A DNA stretch of 64,000 nucleotides from Callorhinchus milii. Its lineage: Eukaryota. The stretch's first letter is position 1, and each line of letters opens with the position of its first letter. The translations under genes and the position numbers were made by a program. The stretch lies in assembly GCF_018977255.1 (NCBI RefSeq), contig NW_024704742.1:138200001-138264000 (forward strand). Reading direction: 5' to 3'. Positions 24,016 through 38,040 of this stretch are shown here, piece after piece. Below the pieces are notes generated by a model. It was not told the origin of the DNA. It saw only the letters and a list, made by a program, of their open reading frames with translations, and did no database searches.

Positions 24016-27000
24016 TTGACTGTATTTTGTGGGTGAAATGCGGCAGCCGATTGTGCACAGCAGCGTCCCACAAACAGTCGTGGATTGAAAGACCAATTTT
24101 TTTTGGAGAGATTATTACCCCAGAAAGCGATCCGCCAATCAACAACCGAGTTCCTCCTTACTGTCAAGTAAACAGAGGCGTATGGAATCGTGCCTAAGAT
24201 TTTGTCCTGCCGGGAATCAAACCCAGGTCATCTTGCTCGCGAGGCGAGAGGTCTAACCGCTACACTGCAGGGCTCCATTGATCAGCCAGCGAGTCATTGT
24301 GAGTTAACTTGAGGCGTTTCCTCTTATCATAGGGAGAACCACACAAAAAAATTGCTCTCTTTCTCCCTGTGTGAGTGGCCAAGGAGACTTAAATGTTAAC
24401 AATGAAATAATAATAATCCTTGTATTTGATACAGCGCCTTATCACGTCTTCGAGAAGTCTCAAAGCGCTTCGCAGGATGTATTGTAAAGTGTAGTGACTG
24501 TATATTTGTGGGCGAAACGCAGCAGCCAATTGCGCACAGCAGTGTCCCACAAACATCATGGATTGAGTGACCAAATTATTATTATTTTTTGAAGGAATTA
24601 TTAGCCCTGGAAAAGCGATCTGCCAATCGACAAACAAGTGGGTTCCTATTTAATGCTAGGTAATCAGGGGAAACTTGCCTAAGGGTTTGCCCTGCTTGGG
24701 AAACAAACCCACGTCCTCTCGCTTGCGAGGCGAGCGCTCTAACCACTGAGCTACAGGACTCCGCAACAATCAGAGCCAACAGGACTGCGAGGGCTGACAG
24801 ACAGCAATGTACCTGGGGTGGAAACCACGCAGTCACTGATTTCTGCCTCATTCCCTGCTTCTTCCTTCAGGCCTCACCCCACAGGGAAAGAGGGAGAGAG
24901 GAGATGGCTTGGTGTGGGCCAAGTGGCCTGTTTCCGTACATCTATGTTAATTCTACGTAAGCACAGAACAAGTACCCAGAAGCACACAGAAAAGCGCAGA
25001 TTTCTCACAATACCACACTGTCTAAAACCACAAACCTCAAATGTCTTGCCACTTCCTCAAAAGGGTTATTGAAAAGGAATTTTTTTGTCAGCTGGGTGGC
25101 TGACATTGTAGTAACCCATCATCATAGCTAAGAGTATCGAAACCAGAGCTCCACATGTGGATGCCAACTCCACAAAAATGTTCCAATAGTGCCAAGGAAC
25201 GTTTAACACCTCCACGGGCAAGCAGGAACTCAGTTTATCATCTGATCCGAAGGGCGGCACCTTCATTATTGGTTCATTTCCACTCTTAGTTCCCATAATA
25301 CTCTGTGTAGTTCTGTATTGCAGTGGCTAGAGCGCTCGCCTCTCAAGCGAGAGTACCTGAGTTTCCCGGGCAGGGCAAAACATTAGACAAGTTTCCTTAC
25401 TCCACACGCCTCTGTTTACCAGCAGTGAGTAGGAACCCGGTTGTTAGACGTTTGGCGGATTGCTTTTCCGGGGGTAATAATCCCCTCAAAAATAAAAATA
25501 ACAATAATTTGGCCACGCAATCCACGACTGTTTGTGGGACGCTGCTGAGCACAATTCGCTGCCCCGTTTCGCCCATAAAATATACCTCGATTCGCTTTAC
25601 AGTATCTTCTGTGAAGCGCTTTGAGGCGTCTTGAAGATGCGATAAGGCACTATATCAAATGCTAAGGATTATTATTAGTAGTAGTAGTTCACATTAACAC
25701 TCCAAATTCAGTTTCTCCAATTCCATTTCCAGATTTTGACTGTATTTCTGTTTAATACCGTGCATCCATTTCCAAGAAAATCAATTTAGTGAGGATTTTT
25801 GCCTCTACAACTATTGATTTACTGTTAAATAACTGGAGGCAGTAACTGTTCTGATGAAGGATCATCCCAACCCATTAACCTGTCTTTCATTTTCCAATAC
25901 TGTTTGGTCAAGCCTCCACTCAACTGGTACCGGCCTCCTGATCGTCCCTCGTACTCTCCGCCCCACCATCGGAGGTCGTGCTTTCAGCCAGTGCCCCAAA
26001 ACTCTGGAACACTCTCCCTCAATCCCTCTGTCTTGCCCCCTCTCTCCCCTCTTTCAAGTCCCTCTTGAAGACTTTCCTGTTCGACCATGCTTACAGTCAC
26101 CCCCCACCTCCACCCGGCTCGGAGTCAGGCTCCGCCACTGTTAAGCTCTCTGAGAGCGCTATACAAGTGCCAGTTGTTGTTGTTGTTGTTGTTGTTTGAT
26201 GCAGTGGTGGTGGATTGTTGGAAGTGTGTCCTTCAGATGAGACTTTAAACCGAGCTTCTGTCTGCCTGTTCAGCACTTTGAGATGTCTCAACAACATGAT
26301 AAGGCGCTTTATCAAATGTAAGAATTATTATTATTATTTCAGATTTGCAGCATTCATCAACTTTCTTTATGATTTGAAAATCTTAAGTTACTTTTGAAAA
26401 TGTTTACTTAAGTGTTTAGAATAATACAACAATAATAATCTTTGCATTTGTTATAGTGCCTATGAAGTCAAAACATTCAAAGTGCTTTCAACTCACAAAA
26501 TATACAGTCACTCTACAATATATTCTGTGAAGCACTTTGAGATGTCACAACAAAGTGATAAGGCGCTATATCAAATGCAAGGATTATGATTATTATTATT
26601 ATTATTAGAGCACTTGCCTCGCACGTGAGAGACCTGGGTTCGATTCCCAGCAGGCCAAAAATAATAATAATAATAATAATATCTTGCATTTGATATAGTG
26701 CTTTTCACGTATTCTCGACGGCTCAAAGCACTTCACAAAATTTGCTGTAAAGCAAATTGACTGGTTATTTGTGGGCAAAACGTGGCAGCCAATTGCGCAC
26801 AGCAGTGTCCCACAAACAGTCGTGGAAATGACCAAATTATTATTGTTTTTTGTTTTGGAGAGATTATTATTAGGCGTGTGGGGTAAGGAAACTTGCCCAA
26901 GGTTTCGCCCTGCCTGGAATTGAACCTAGGTCTCTCGCTTGCAAGGCGAATGTTCTAACCATGTTGGGCAAGCATCCTTCAAATGCAAGAAGTATTATCA

Positions 27001-30000
27001 TTATTACTATTCACAAGCAATTCCTACCAAGTGTAGAGACTGGAAATTTATAAGCAAAATTGGCAGTAGATTTGCACCCACAACATCCAACAAACCACCA
27101 GAGAGTTAATTTACCTGAAAAATTATAATAATAGTAAACCTGGTAGTTGATATAGCTCCTTAGCACATCTTCTAGACGTCTCAAAACGCTTCACAGAATT
27201 TCCAGTAAAGTGAAATGACTGTATATTTTGTGAGTGAAACTCGGCAGCCAATTGTGCACAGCAGTGTTCCACGAACAGTCGTGGATTGAGTGACCACATT
27301 TTTTTTATTTGACAGGATTGTTACCCCTGGAAAAATGATCTGCCAATCGACTAACCTATCAGGGTTCCTACCTACGCACAATAAACAGAGACGTGTGGAG
27401 TAAGGAAACTTGCCTAACGTTTTGCCCTGGCCGGGAATCAAACCCAGGTCCTCTTGCTTGCGAGGCGAGTGCTCTAACCACTAAACTACAGGACTATTCA
27501 CCAAGAGAAGAAACATTCTTCACTTTCCTAATTTCATCGACATCTAACTGAAGAACTGGCTCTTTTTTAGATCAATGAGGACATTGATCAGAAGAAGATC
27601 TGCTCAAATCAACCTTTTTCAATATCATGCCTTATTAATGACAATAAATAATCCATACTGTACCGTATGTCACATGTACAGTTATTTAAAGAAGAGACAA
27701 ACTATGGATTGATTCCAAATCCTTGGAGTATAGTTTATGTTCAGGCATGTACAATTGATATCCTTGGCATAACAGCCAAATAATATTACTCTCATTTTTA
27801 ATACACTCTTAAAAATAGTATATGCAAGTGCTTGGAGACATCCTCCCAACATGCAAGGTATTATATAAATGTAAATGTATTATTTTATAATATATAAACA
27901 TATATTTTAATATATTCTGTGTTTCTCAATTCTCACTTACGAAATACGTTGGTTCTTCTGATCCTGCACAACTTTGCCCCATCCGCCTTCTCCTATCTCC
28001 TCCAGTCCTATTCTCACGTCCACTTCCTGTGCTCCACAAACCCAGGGCTGCTGCACATCCCTCACCCCCTTCTTCCACCATTGGCAATTGAGATTCCAGT
28101 CACTACACCTCTATTCTATGGAATGCCCTCCCCAATCTCTCTGCGAGCGAGAGACCTGGGTTTGATTCCCAGCAGGGCGAAACCCTGGGGCAAGTTTTCT
28201 TACTCCACACACCTGATAATAAACCCTCAAGAAAAAATAAAATAATAATTTGGTCACTCAATCCATGACTGTTTGTGGGACGCCGCATTTTGCCCACAAA
28301 TATATAGTCAATTCCCTTTACAGTATATTCTGTGAAGCGCTTTGAGACTTCGAGAAGACATGAAAAGCGCTATATCAAATACAAGGATTATTATATATTA
28401 TTAGCCTCTGCTCAGTTTCCCCCAACTGCCCCTTTTTCCCTCATTTGCTGTGTCCCACAACACCATCCAATCCACATAAAGTTCTGTGAGATGTTCTCCC
28501 AGGTGAAATGTACATATGCAATTTAGTGTTCTTGTTGTATACATAATAGGAAATCCTCCCAACAACAACAAAATTACTTTTGGATACTTTCACATCGGGA
28601 GGACGTCCAAGGCGCTGGACATTTAGTGTTTCGGACCTGAACTGGGGGTCCAGGATCGTGGAGGGTCAGAGCAGGGAGGCGAAGGAGGGAGTGACTGAAG
28701 GCACCGTCGAAGAGGAGAGTCTTGAGATGGGTCTTGAAGGAGGCAAGGGAGGGGGCAAGGCGGAGGGACTGGATGGAGTTCCAGAGGGTAGGGGCAGAGT
28801 GGCAGAAGGACTGCCCACCAATGATGGGGCGAGCATGGCGGGGAACATGAAGCAGGCCGGAGTCCGCTGAGCGGAGGGAGCGGGCAGGTTGGTGGGGGTT
28901 AGAAGGTCATGGAAGTAGTTAGGAGCAAGGCCACATTTCTGCCAAGTTGAGAATGAGTTGATGCAGGAGTGTGGAATTAAAAGAACTTGTGTTTTTATAG
29001 CACCTTATCATAACAAACCATCTCAAAGCACTTTTCACTAATTGCGTCAAGTGAACTGAAGCAATTTTGTACACAGCCAGGTTCCACGACTGCCATTAGG
29101 TGAATGCTCAATTAATCTGAAGGAATGGTTGTTGGCTAGCACAGGAAAAAAACTCCCTTCTCTTTTTCGAATAGTGTTATGGCATTTTTAACATCCTCCT
29201 GAACAGGCAGACAGGACCTCGATTTAAAATCTAACCAGAAGGACGCAACCTCCAACAGTGCAGGGCTGGCCCCAGTACTGTACTAGAATGTCAGCCAAGG
29301 TTATGCTCAAGTCTCAACACAAAGCCTGAACTCATAACCTTCTGACTCAGAGGTGAGTCAAAACGAAAGGAGGTAGAAATGAAAGCAGGTTCACCATTTC
29401 CTTCTCCTGAAGGCAAATAACACCTTCTTTCTTCTAATGGGATCCAGTCATCTCGGCGATGTTCAGCTGTAATATCTAGCCATAACACACACATAAGCCT
29501 TGACATGTTTACTCCTGCCCTTTTCCCACAAACAGTCGTGGATTGAAAATGACCAATTTATTATTGTTTTGTTTTGGAGGGATTATTATTAGGTGTGTGG
29601 AGTAAGGAAACTTGCCCAAGGTTTCGCCCTCTGTCTGGAATTGAACTCAGGTCTCTCGCTTGCAAAACGAGTGCTCTAAGAATTGAGCTACAGGACTCCC
29701 TTAACCTAAACACCATGATTTCAAAATTTACAAAGAAAAATAGATCATAGAAACAGGAGGAAGCCATTCAGCCCCTACAGTCTGTTCTATCATTCTATAA
29801 GATCATGGCTGACCTGTACCTAATTCCAATTACCTGCCTTTGCCCCCATATCCCTTGATATTCTGACCTAACAAACATCTATCCAACTCAGTCTTGAAAA
29901 TGTGTATGGATCCAGCATCCACAGCCTTTTGGGGGAGAGAGTTCCAATTTCCACTACCCTTTGGGTGAAAAACCTCCTCCTGATTTCACTGCTAAATGGC

Positions 30001-31925
30001 CTAGCTCTAATTTTAAGATGATGCTTTGCCAAGAGGAGATAGGCGACGCATCGCTCACCATGTCCAAACAAAAGTCAACAGGATTCTGGGCTACATCAAG
30101 ACATGTCTAAGCTATATAACTGTCTGGTCAGGCTGCACCTGGAACACTGTCTGCAATTGTACAGCACCTTATCACGTCTTTGAGACGTTTCAAAGTCTTC
30201 ACAGGATAGCCTGTAAAGTGAATTGACTGTTTCTTTAGTGGGCGAAATGCGGCAGCTGATTGCACACAGCAATGTCCCAAAATAATTGTGGACTAACCAG
30301 GGAAAGTGATCCACCAATCGACTAACAACTGGGTTCCTACTTACTGCTGCTAAACAGAGTGTGGAATAATGAAACTTGCCCAATGTTTTGTCCTGCCCTC
30401 GAATCAAACCCGGGTCCTCTCGCTTGTGAGGCGAGTGCTCTAACCACTGAGCTACAGGACTCCACAATAGACTATTGAAAGAGAATAGATTCTAATCAAT
30501 ATCCCCACAAGGGAAGACCTAGGCTTACTTTAAAGCACCCCAGGCACCAAGTCTACATTCCAACACACTGAGTATGTTAGTTATTTGAGCCACAAACAGA
30601 AAGGTTTGGATTACAATTGCAATGGAGGACTTCAGCCTTAGGGGCTTCAGTAAAAGTTCCACACTACAGTACATATCCATTATCTTAGGCAAGCTAAGGA
30701 CTTAGCAACAGTCTAAGCAACACATGAAACATTAATAATAATAATAATCCTTGCATTTCACATAGCGCCTTATCACGTCTTCAAGATGTCTCAAAGCGCT
30801 TCACAGGATACACTGTAAAGTGAATTAACTGTATGTTTTGTGGATGAAACGTGACAGCCAATTATGCACAGCAGTGTCCCACAAACAGTCGTGGATTGAG
30901 TGACCAAATTATTATTTATTGAACAAAAAAAGTTGAAGGAATTATGATCCCTGGAAAAGCGATCTGCCAATTGACTAACAACTGAGTTCCTACTCACTGT
31001 TGGTAAACAGAAGCGTGTGGAGTAAGGAAACTTGCCCAACGTTTCGCCTCCTGCCCGGGAATCAAACCCAGGTCCTCTCGCTTGCTCCATTACTAACAAT
31101 TAAGTCCGAGACGTACTTTATTTTATTTAGATGAATGGCTAATATTTAAACACAATACTCTGAAGGAAGTACTATTTTATTACAATAGAAAGACTAATAA
31201 CATTTCCTTCCAACAGATTTTTTTNACAAAATCAAGGTCCACTGAAATTGTATAATTCCCTTCAATTGTTCTTCAGACAAAAAAGCTAATTTGCTAATTC
31301 AACTCTCGTATAACTATGTCTGTAGGAATAATCCACTTTCAGTACAATGATAGCCACAATTTATTTTTATTGAGATCACAGCACAAATTATGACAAAGAA
31401 CAAAATTGAGGGTAAGAAGAGAACAAAAGGCTTTAATCTGATTTGAAAGATTGCATGACATGTCTAACCCACTTTAATTTAGCAATTATGGGTTATATTA
31501 GCAGTTTAAATGCGACTACAGTATTTCACTTAACAGGAAAGTGGCTTGGGAGCTTGTGGTGGAAAAGTATTCTTCAGGACATGGGGTCCTGCAGCTCAGT
31601 GGTTAGAGCACTCATCTCGCAAGCGAGAGGACCTGGGTTCAATTCCCAGCTAAGAAGAAAGATTAAGCAAGGTTCCTTACTCCACATGCCTGTTTATCTA
31701 CCAGTAAGTCGGACCCGGTTGTTAGTCAATTGGCGAATCATTTTACTGGGGTAATAATTCCTTCAATTATTTTAAAATTTGTTTGAGGGACACTGCTGTG
31801 TGCAATAGGCTGCCGCCCAAAAAATATTGTCAATTCACTTTACAGTATGTTCTGTGAAGCGCTTTGAGACGTCTCAAAGACCCGATTAGGCGCTATATTA
31901 AATGCAAGGATTATCATTATTAGAT
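24016..31925. mobile_element. Dense cluster of CORE-like/Deu SINE copies plus L2/CR1 pieces
   Basis: SINEs at about 24016-24277(-), 24405-24762(-), 25305-25680(+), 26660-26960(-), 27120-27495(-), 28140-28400(+), 29525-29700(-), 30160-30465(-), 30733-31085(-), 31582-31922(+). L2 at 25910-26200(+) and 28560-28935(-). CR1 tail at 29745-30020(-). Confidence 0.85.
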
Positions 31926-32169
31926 TACCAGCTGAAATGTGTCTGCAGTATTTCACTTAACAGGAAAGGGGCTCGGGATCTTGTGGACGAAAACGTATTC
32001 AATCCATCATCCCATAGGATTAGGTACAGTTACAATGGGTGCTTAGCAGTCGTACAGAAATGGAATAAACTCATCAAATCAAAGGAAGAATATGATTAAC
32101 CTGTGAGATGCTGCTGACTGGAGCAAGCAATAAAGAGTATCCCATGCAGCCCGGTTATAATGCAGTTAT

Positions 32170-32735
32170 AATGCCCTGCGTGTCGGCCTTCCCAACACCT
32201 CCCTCCACAGGCTGCAGATAAGCCAGAACTCTGCAGCCCGTGTCCTCTCCCGCAACAAACTCTGTGACCCCATCTCCCCCACTCTCGCCCGACGCCATTG
32301 GCTCTCTATCCTTCAGAGGATCCAGTTCAAGATCCTGGTCCTCACCTACAAAGCCCTCCATGGCCTCGCCCCACTGCGACTCCTAACCCCCTACCAACCC
32401 GCCCGTTCCCTCCGCTCAGCCGGCTCTGGCCTGCTCTATGTCCCCCGACCCACCCGCCCCACCATTGGTGGGAGAGCCTTCAGCCACTCTGCCCCAACCT
32501 CTGGAATTCCATCCCCGAAACACTCCGCCTCATACCCTCCTTAGCCTCCTTCAAGCCCCGCCTCAAGACCCTCCTCTTCAACCATGCCATCGGCCACCCC
32601 CTGCCCCTCCACTCCCCTCCCTTCTCGCACCCTGACCCCAGCTCGGGTCTGAAATGCTGTGCACTGCCCAGCGCCTTGGGAAGCCCTCCCGACATGAAAG
32701 GCGCTATACAAATGTAATTTTGTTGTTGTTGTTGT
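32170..32735 (+). mobile_element. L2 LINE 3' fragment
   Basis: HWLSILQRIQFKILVLTYKALHGLAP, SFKPRLKTLLF and a (ttg)n tail. Confidence 0.88.
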
Positions 32736-33537
32736 ATGGCTCCTTCCCTTACCTCAGTTTTATCGTTTCAACAACTTGCATTTATATAGCGCTCTTCACA
32801 CAGGGTAACGTAGTCCCAGAACACTGAACAGTGGCGGAGCACGACACCGAGCCGGGGGTAGGATTGAAGTGACCATAGGCCCGGTCAAAGAGGAAGGTCT
32901 TCAGGCGCGATTTGAAAAGGCAAAGCAGAGATAGGGGGGTAGAGGGGAGTGTCCCAGAGTTTGGGCTGAAAGTACTGCCACCAATGGTGGAACGGAGGCC
33001 ATATCAAATGCAAGGATCATTTAAATTATTTCTATCCAACAGCAGATTTTTGCACACTTTATTGAAGTCCTGGAGCTTACAAATTATGCATTATTCATTA
33101 CAAAATGCTTTGAGACATCTCAAAGTTGTGCTAAGGTGTTATATCAGATGCAAGGATCATTATGATTATTACTCACTCATGCTACATAAATTGTAACACA
33201 GGGATTGGTCAAATTGGTCATTCACTTTATGGCTGTTTGCAGGACGTTGCTGTGCACAATTGGTTAGGGGCGCTCACTCTACAAAATACACAGTCACTAA
33301 CACTTCACAGTAAAAATGCTGTGAAGTGCTTAGAGACATTTTGACCATGTGATAAGGCACCCTATGAACTGCCAGGAATAATTATTACAATATGTTCACC
33401 ATCATCTCCTGCTCTGCACATTTGCAAAGTAGAGCATAATATTGACAACATCCAATGACCATATGTCGGCTAAAGCTATCATGAGAAGCAGGCAACCGTG
33501 TCATAACCAAATTTGCTTTAGAATGTAGCGTGTTACT

Positions 33538-34370
33538 TAGAACATACGAACAGATGTAACCATTCAGCCCCTCCAGCCTGTTCCACCATTGCATAAGACC
33601 ATGGCCGATCTGTACCTCAACTCCAATTGGTAATAATAATAATAATAATCCTTGCATTTGATATAGCGCTTTTCACGTCGGGAGGACGTCCCAAAGGGCT
33701 TCACAGAACACACTGTAAAGTGAATTGACTGTATATTTGTGGTGACGCGGCAGCCAATTGCGCACAGCAATGTCCCACGAACAGTCGTAGACAGAAAATG
33801 ACCAATTTATTATCGTTTTGTTTTGGAGGATTATTATTAGGCTCTGTGTGGAGTAAGGAAACTTGCCCGAGGTTTCGCCCTCTGCCTGGAATTGAACTCA
33901 GGTCTCTCACTTGCAAAGCGAGTGCTCTAACCACTGAGCTACAGGACTCCAATTACCCGCCTTTGCCCCATATCCCTGGATCCCCGACCTAACAAACATC
34001 TCTCCACCTCAGGCTGGACAATGTGAAAGGATCCAGTTATAATCCAAGGTCTTTTCGGGGGGAGAGAGAGAGAGAGAGAGTTCCAGATTCCCATTGGCCT
34101 TTGGGTGAAAACCGGCCTCTGATTTCACTGCTAAATGTCCGGCTCTAATTTTAAGATGATGCCTTGTTCTGGATTCCTCACCAGAGGCAATAGTTTCTCT
34201 GTCGCTGCCTATCGAATCCCTTTATCATGGTACAACACCTCAATCAGATCAGCCCTCAACCTTCTAACCTCAGGGAATACAGACCGAGTTAATACAACCT
34301 GTCCTCATAATTTAACCCTTTAAACCCCGGTATCATTCTGGTGAATCTGCTCTGCACCCCCTCCAGTGCA
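33538..34370 (-). mobile_element. CR1 3' end interrupted by a young SINE (33633-33950, -)
   Basis: The CR1 tail ccattcagcccctc...atggccgatctgtacctcaactcc continues after the SINE; ctccaatt occurs on both sides. Confidence 0.82.
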
Positions 34371-34597
34371 GACACACTGTAATTATAGACCAGACTGACT
34401 CAATTAGTTTAATTATTTTTCCAAGAAGTGTTTTGCAAGAAGCAATTTTGCTTTCAAGAGTGATCCTCTGTACCGGACAAACTCTCTGCTGCCCCCACCC
34501 AGTCCTTCTGTGCTGAGCAGCCAACTTGGCTATCAGCTCAAAGTCCTGACATGGGCTTGAACCCACAGCAATCTGATTCCGAGCTAAACTGCAGGCA

Positions 34598-34933
34598 TGG
34601 AGTTCCTGTAGCTCAGTGGTTAGAGCACTCGCTTTGCAAGCGAGAGACCTGAGTTCAATCCCCGGGGGGGTCAGGGCCAAACCTCGGGCAAGTTTCCTTA
34701 CTCCACACAGAGCCTAATAATAATACCTCCAAAACAAAACAATAATAAATTGGTCATTTTCAATCCGCGACTGTTTGTGGGGCATTGCTGTGCGCAATTG
34801 GCTGCCGCGTTCACCCACAAATATACAGTCACTTCCCTTTACAGTGTGTTCTGTGAAGCGCTTTGGAACGTCCTCCCGACGTGAACAGCGCTATATCAAA
34901 TGCAAGGATTATTATTATTATTATTATTATTAT
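34598..34933 (+). mobile_element. Young short-subfamily SINE
   Basis: Full head to (tta)n tail. Confidence 0.9.
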
Positions 34934-35154
34934 TGTCAGCGACACCGTCCTTTGAACGTTGCTCTGGATGTCCTATTGCCTGACACGAGCGCAAACCCAT
35001 CACCAGGTCCTGAGAGTCTCCAAACCAAACTACAGCAACAACAACTTGTATCGATGAAGCCCGACAGACACTCGGCCGACCACAACATCACTCAGTTTCA
35101 TTACTAAAATGATGAGGTTAAAGCTATTTGACTATGTGCCATTGCTGTCTCCAA

Positions 35155-37902
35155 AACTCTCACTCTCTCTCTGCCACTGTCACTCTCTCGTTGTCACTGT
35201 TGCTCTCTCACTCTCTCATTGTCACTCTCACTCTCTCACACTGTCACCCTCTCACTGTCACACCATCACCCTCTCATTGTTACCCTCTCACCGTCATTCT
35301 CTCACCATCACTGTTACTGTCACACTGTCACTCTCTCACTGTCACTCTCTCACTGTCACTCTCTCACTGTCACTCTCTCACGCTCTCACCGTCACTCTCT
35401 CATTGTCACTCTCTCACCGTCACTCTCTCACCGTCACTCTCTCATTGTCACTCTCTCACAGTCACTCTCTCACCGTCACTCTCACTCTCTCCCCGTAACT
35501 CTCTCACTGTCACTTTCTCACGCTCTCATCGTCACTCTCTCTCTGTCATCCTCTCACTACACTGTTACTCTCGCCCTCACTCTCTCGCCCTCACTCTCCC
35601 GCCTTCACACTCTCGCCCTCACACTCTCCCGCCCTCACTCTTTCGCCCTCACCCACCGCCATCACCATCACTCCCCCGCCGCCGTCACCCTCACTCCCCT
35701 GCCGCCGTCACTCTCTCACTGTCACCCTCTCACCTTCACCCTCTCACCAACTCTGTCACTCTGTTGCCCTCTCTGTCACTCTCTCACTGTGACTCTCTCA
35801 CTATCACTCTCTCACCGTCACCCTCTCACCAAGTCTTGTCACTCTGTCACTCTCTCACTGTCATTCTCTCACCATCCCCTCTCACCAACACTGTCACTCT
35901 CTCACTCTCTCACTGTCACTCTCTCACTGTCACCCTCTCACCTTCACCCTCTCACCTTCACCCTCTCACCAACTCTGTCACTCTGTTGCCCTCTCTGTCA
36001 CTCTCTCACTGTGACTCTCTCACTATCACTCTCTCACCGTCACCCTCTCACCAAGTCTGTCACTCTGTCACCCTCTCTGTCACTCTCTCACTGTCATTCT
36101 CTCACCGTCACCCTCTCACCAACACTGTCACTCTCTCACTCTCTCACTGTCACTCTCTCACTATCACTCTCTCAACCTTCACCCTCACCTTCACCCTCTC
36201 ACCAACTCTGTCACTCTGTTGCCCTCTCTGTCACTCTCTCACTGTGACTCTCTCACTATCACTCTCTCACCGTCACCCTCTCATCAACACTGTCACTCTC
36301 TCACCCTCTCAGTCACCCCCTCACCATCACCCTCTCACTGCACCGTCACTCTCCCGCTGTCACCCACCCTCACCCGTTCACTCCCCCACCGCCAACCCCC
36401 AAACCGCCACTCCCCCACTGCCACCCCCACTCCCCACTGTCTCACACACTCTGTCTCACACTCCCTCTCTCTCTCTCTCCCTCTCTCTCTCTCTATCAAC
36501 TTTCTCTCTCTCACACACACTCTCTCTGTCACACTCTCTCTGTCTCACACACTCTCTCTCTCTCTATCTCACACACTCTCTCTCTGTCACACTCCCTCTC
36601 TCTGTCACAGTCTCTCTCTCTGTCACACTCTCTGTCACACTCTCTCTCTCTCTGTCTCACACTCTCTCTCTGTCACAGTCTCTCTCTCTGTCACACTCCC
36701 TCTCTGTCAGTCTCTCTCTGTCACACTCCCTCTCTGTCAGTCTCTCTCTGTCTCACATTCTCTCTGTCTGTCTCACACTCTCTCTCTGTCACACTCCCTC
36801 TCTCTCTCTGTCATACTCTCTCTCTCACTGTCTCACACTCTCTCTGTCACACTCCCTCTCTCTCTGTCTCACACTCTCTCTGTCACACTCCCCCTCTCTC
36901 TCTGTCTCACACTCTCTTTTCTCTGTCTCACACACTCTCTGTCACACTCCCCCTCTCTCTCTGTCTCACACTCTCTCTCTCAGTCTCACACTCTCTCTCT
37001 GTCACATTCCCTCTCTCTCTCTGTCACACTCCCCCTCTCTCTGTCTCACACTCTCTCTCTGTCACACTCCCCCTCTCTCTCTGTCTCACACTCTCTCTCT
37101 CTGTCTCACACACTCTCTGTCACACTCCCCCTCTCTCTCTGTCTCACACTCTCTCTCTCTGTCTCACACACTCTCTGTCACACTCCCCCTCTCTCTCTGT
37201 CTCACACTCTCTCTCTCTGTCTCACACACTTTCTGTCACACTCCCCCTCTCTCTCTGTCTCACACTCTCTCTCTCTGTCTCACACACTCTCTGTCACACT
37301 CCCCCTCTCTCTCTGTCTCACACTCTCTCTCACTGTCTCACTCTCTCTCTCTCTCTCACTGTCCCTCTCTCTCTCTCTGTCACACTCCCCCCCACCCCCT
37401 CTCTCTCTGTCACTCCCCCCCTCCCCTCTCTCTCTGTCACACTCCCCCCCTCTCTCTCTGTCACACCCCCCCCCTCTCTCTCTCTCTCTCTGTCACACTC
37501 CCCCTCTCTCTCTCTCTCTGTCACACTCCCCCCTCTCTCTCTCTCTGTCACACTCCCTCTCTCTCTCTGTCACACTCCCCCCTCTCTCTCTCTATGTCAC
37601 ACTCCCCCCCTCTCTCTCTGTCACACTCCCCCCCTCTCTCTCTCTGTCACACTCCCCCCCCCTCTCTCTGTGTCACACTCCCCCCCCTCTCTCTCTGTCA
37701 CACTCCCCCCCCCTCTCTCTCTCTCACACTCCCCCCCCCTCTCTCTCTCTCTCTGTCACACTCCCCCTCTCCCTCTCTCTGTCACACTCCCCCTCTCTCT
37801 CTGTCACACTCCCCCCTCTCTCTCTGTGTCACACTCCTCCACCCCCCCTCTCTCTCTGTCACACTCCCCCCTCTCTCTCTCTCTGTCTCACACTCTCTCT
37901 CT
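35155..37902. repeat. (CT/CA)-rich degenerate simple repeat
   Basis: gtcactctctca and gtcacactcccc units; source of the spurious 935-aa ORF. Confidence 0.95.
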
Positions 37903-37953
37903 CGGTGCCCGGAGCCTGAAGCTCACAATAAATGAAGGTAAAGCGTGACTCAC

Positions 37954-38040
37954 ATTGCAGCTCAGGACACAGCCTCCTCTTCCTCCTCTTCCTCCTCTTC
38001 CTCTTCCTCTCCGCCGACAAATCACTGCGGCTCCACTCCT
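37954..38040 (-). other. Candidate non-coding first exon of an unidentified gene
   Basis: Unique CpG-containing island with a (GAG/GAA)n tract ending ...ctgcaat|gtgagtc (strong donor), between microsatellites. Confidence 0.4.

Noticed and set aside
31975..32000. gatcttgtggacgaaa resembling the end of the human U6 promoter
   Set aside because: Short match with no TATA/PSE or snRNA downstream; likely chance.
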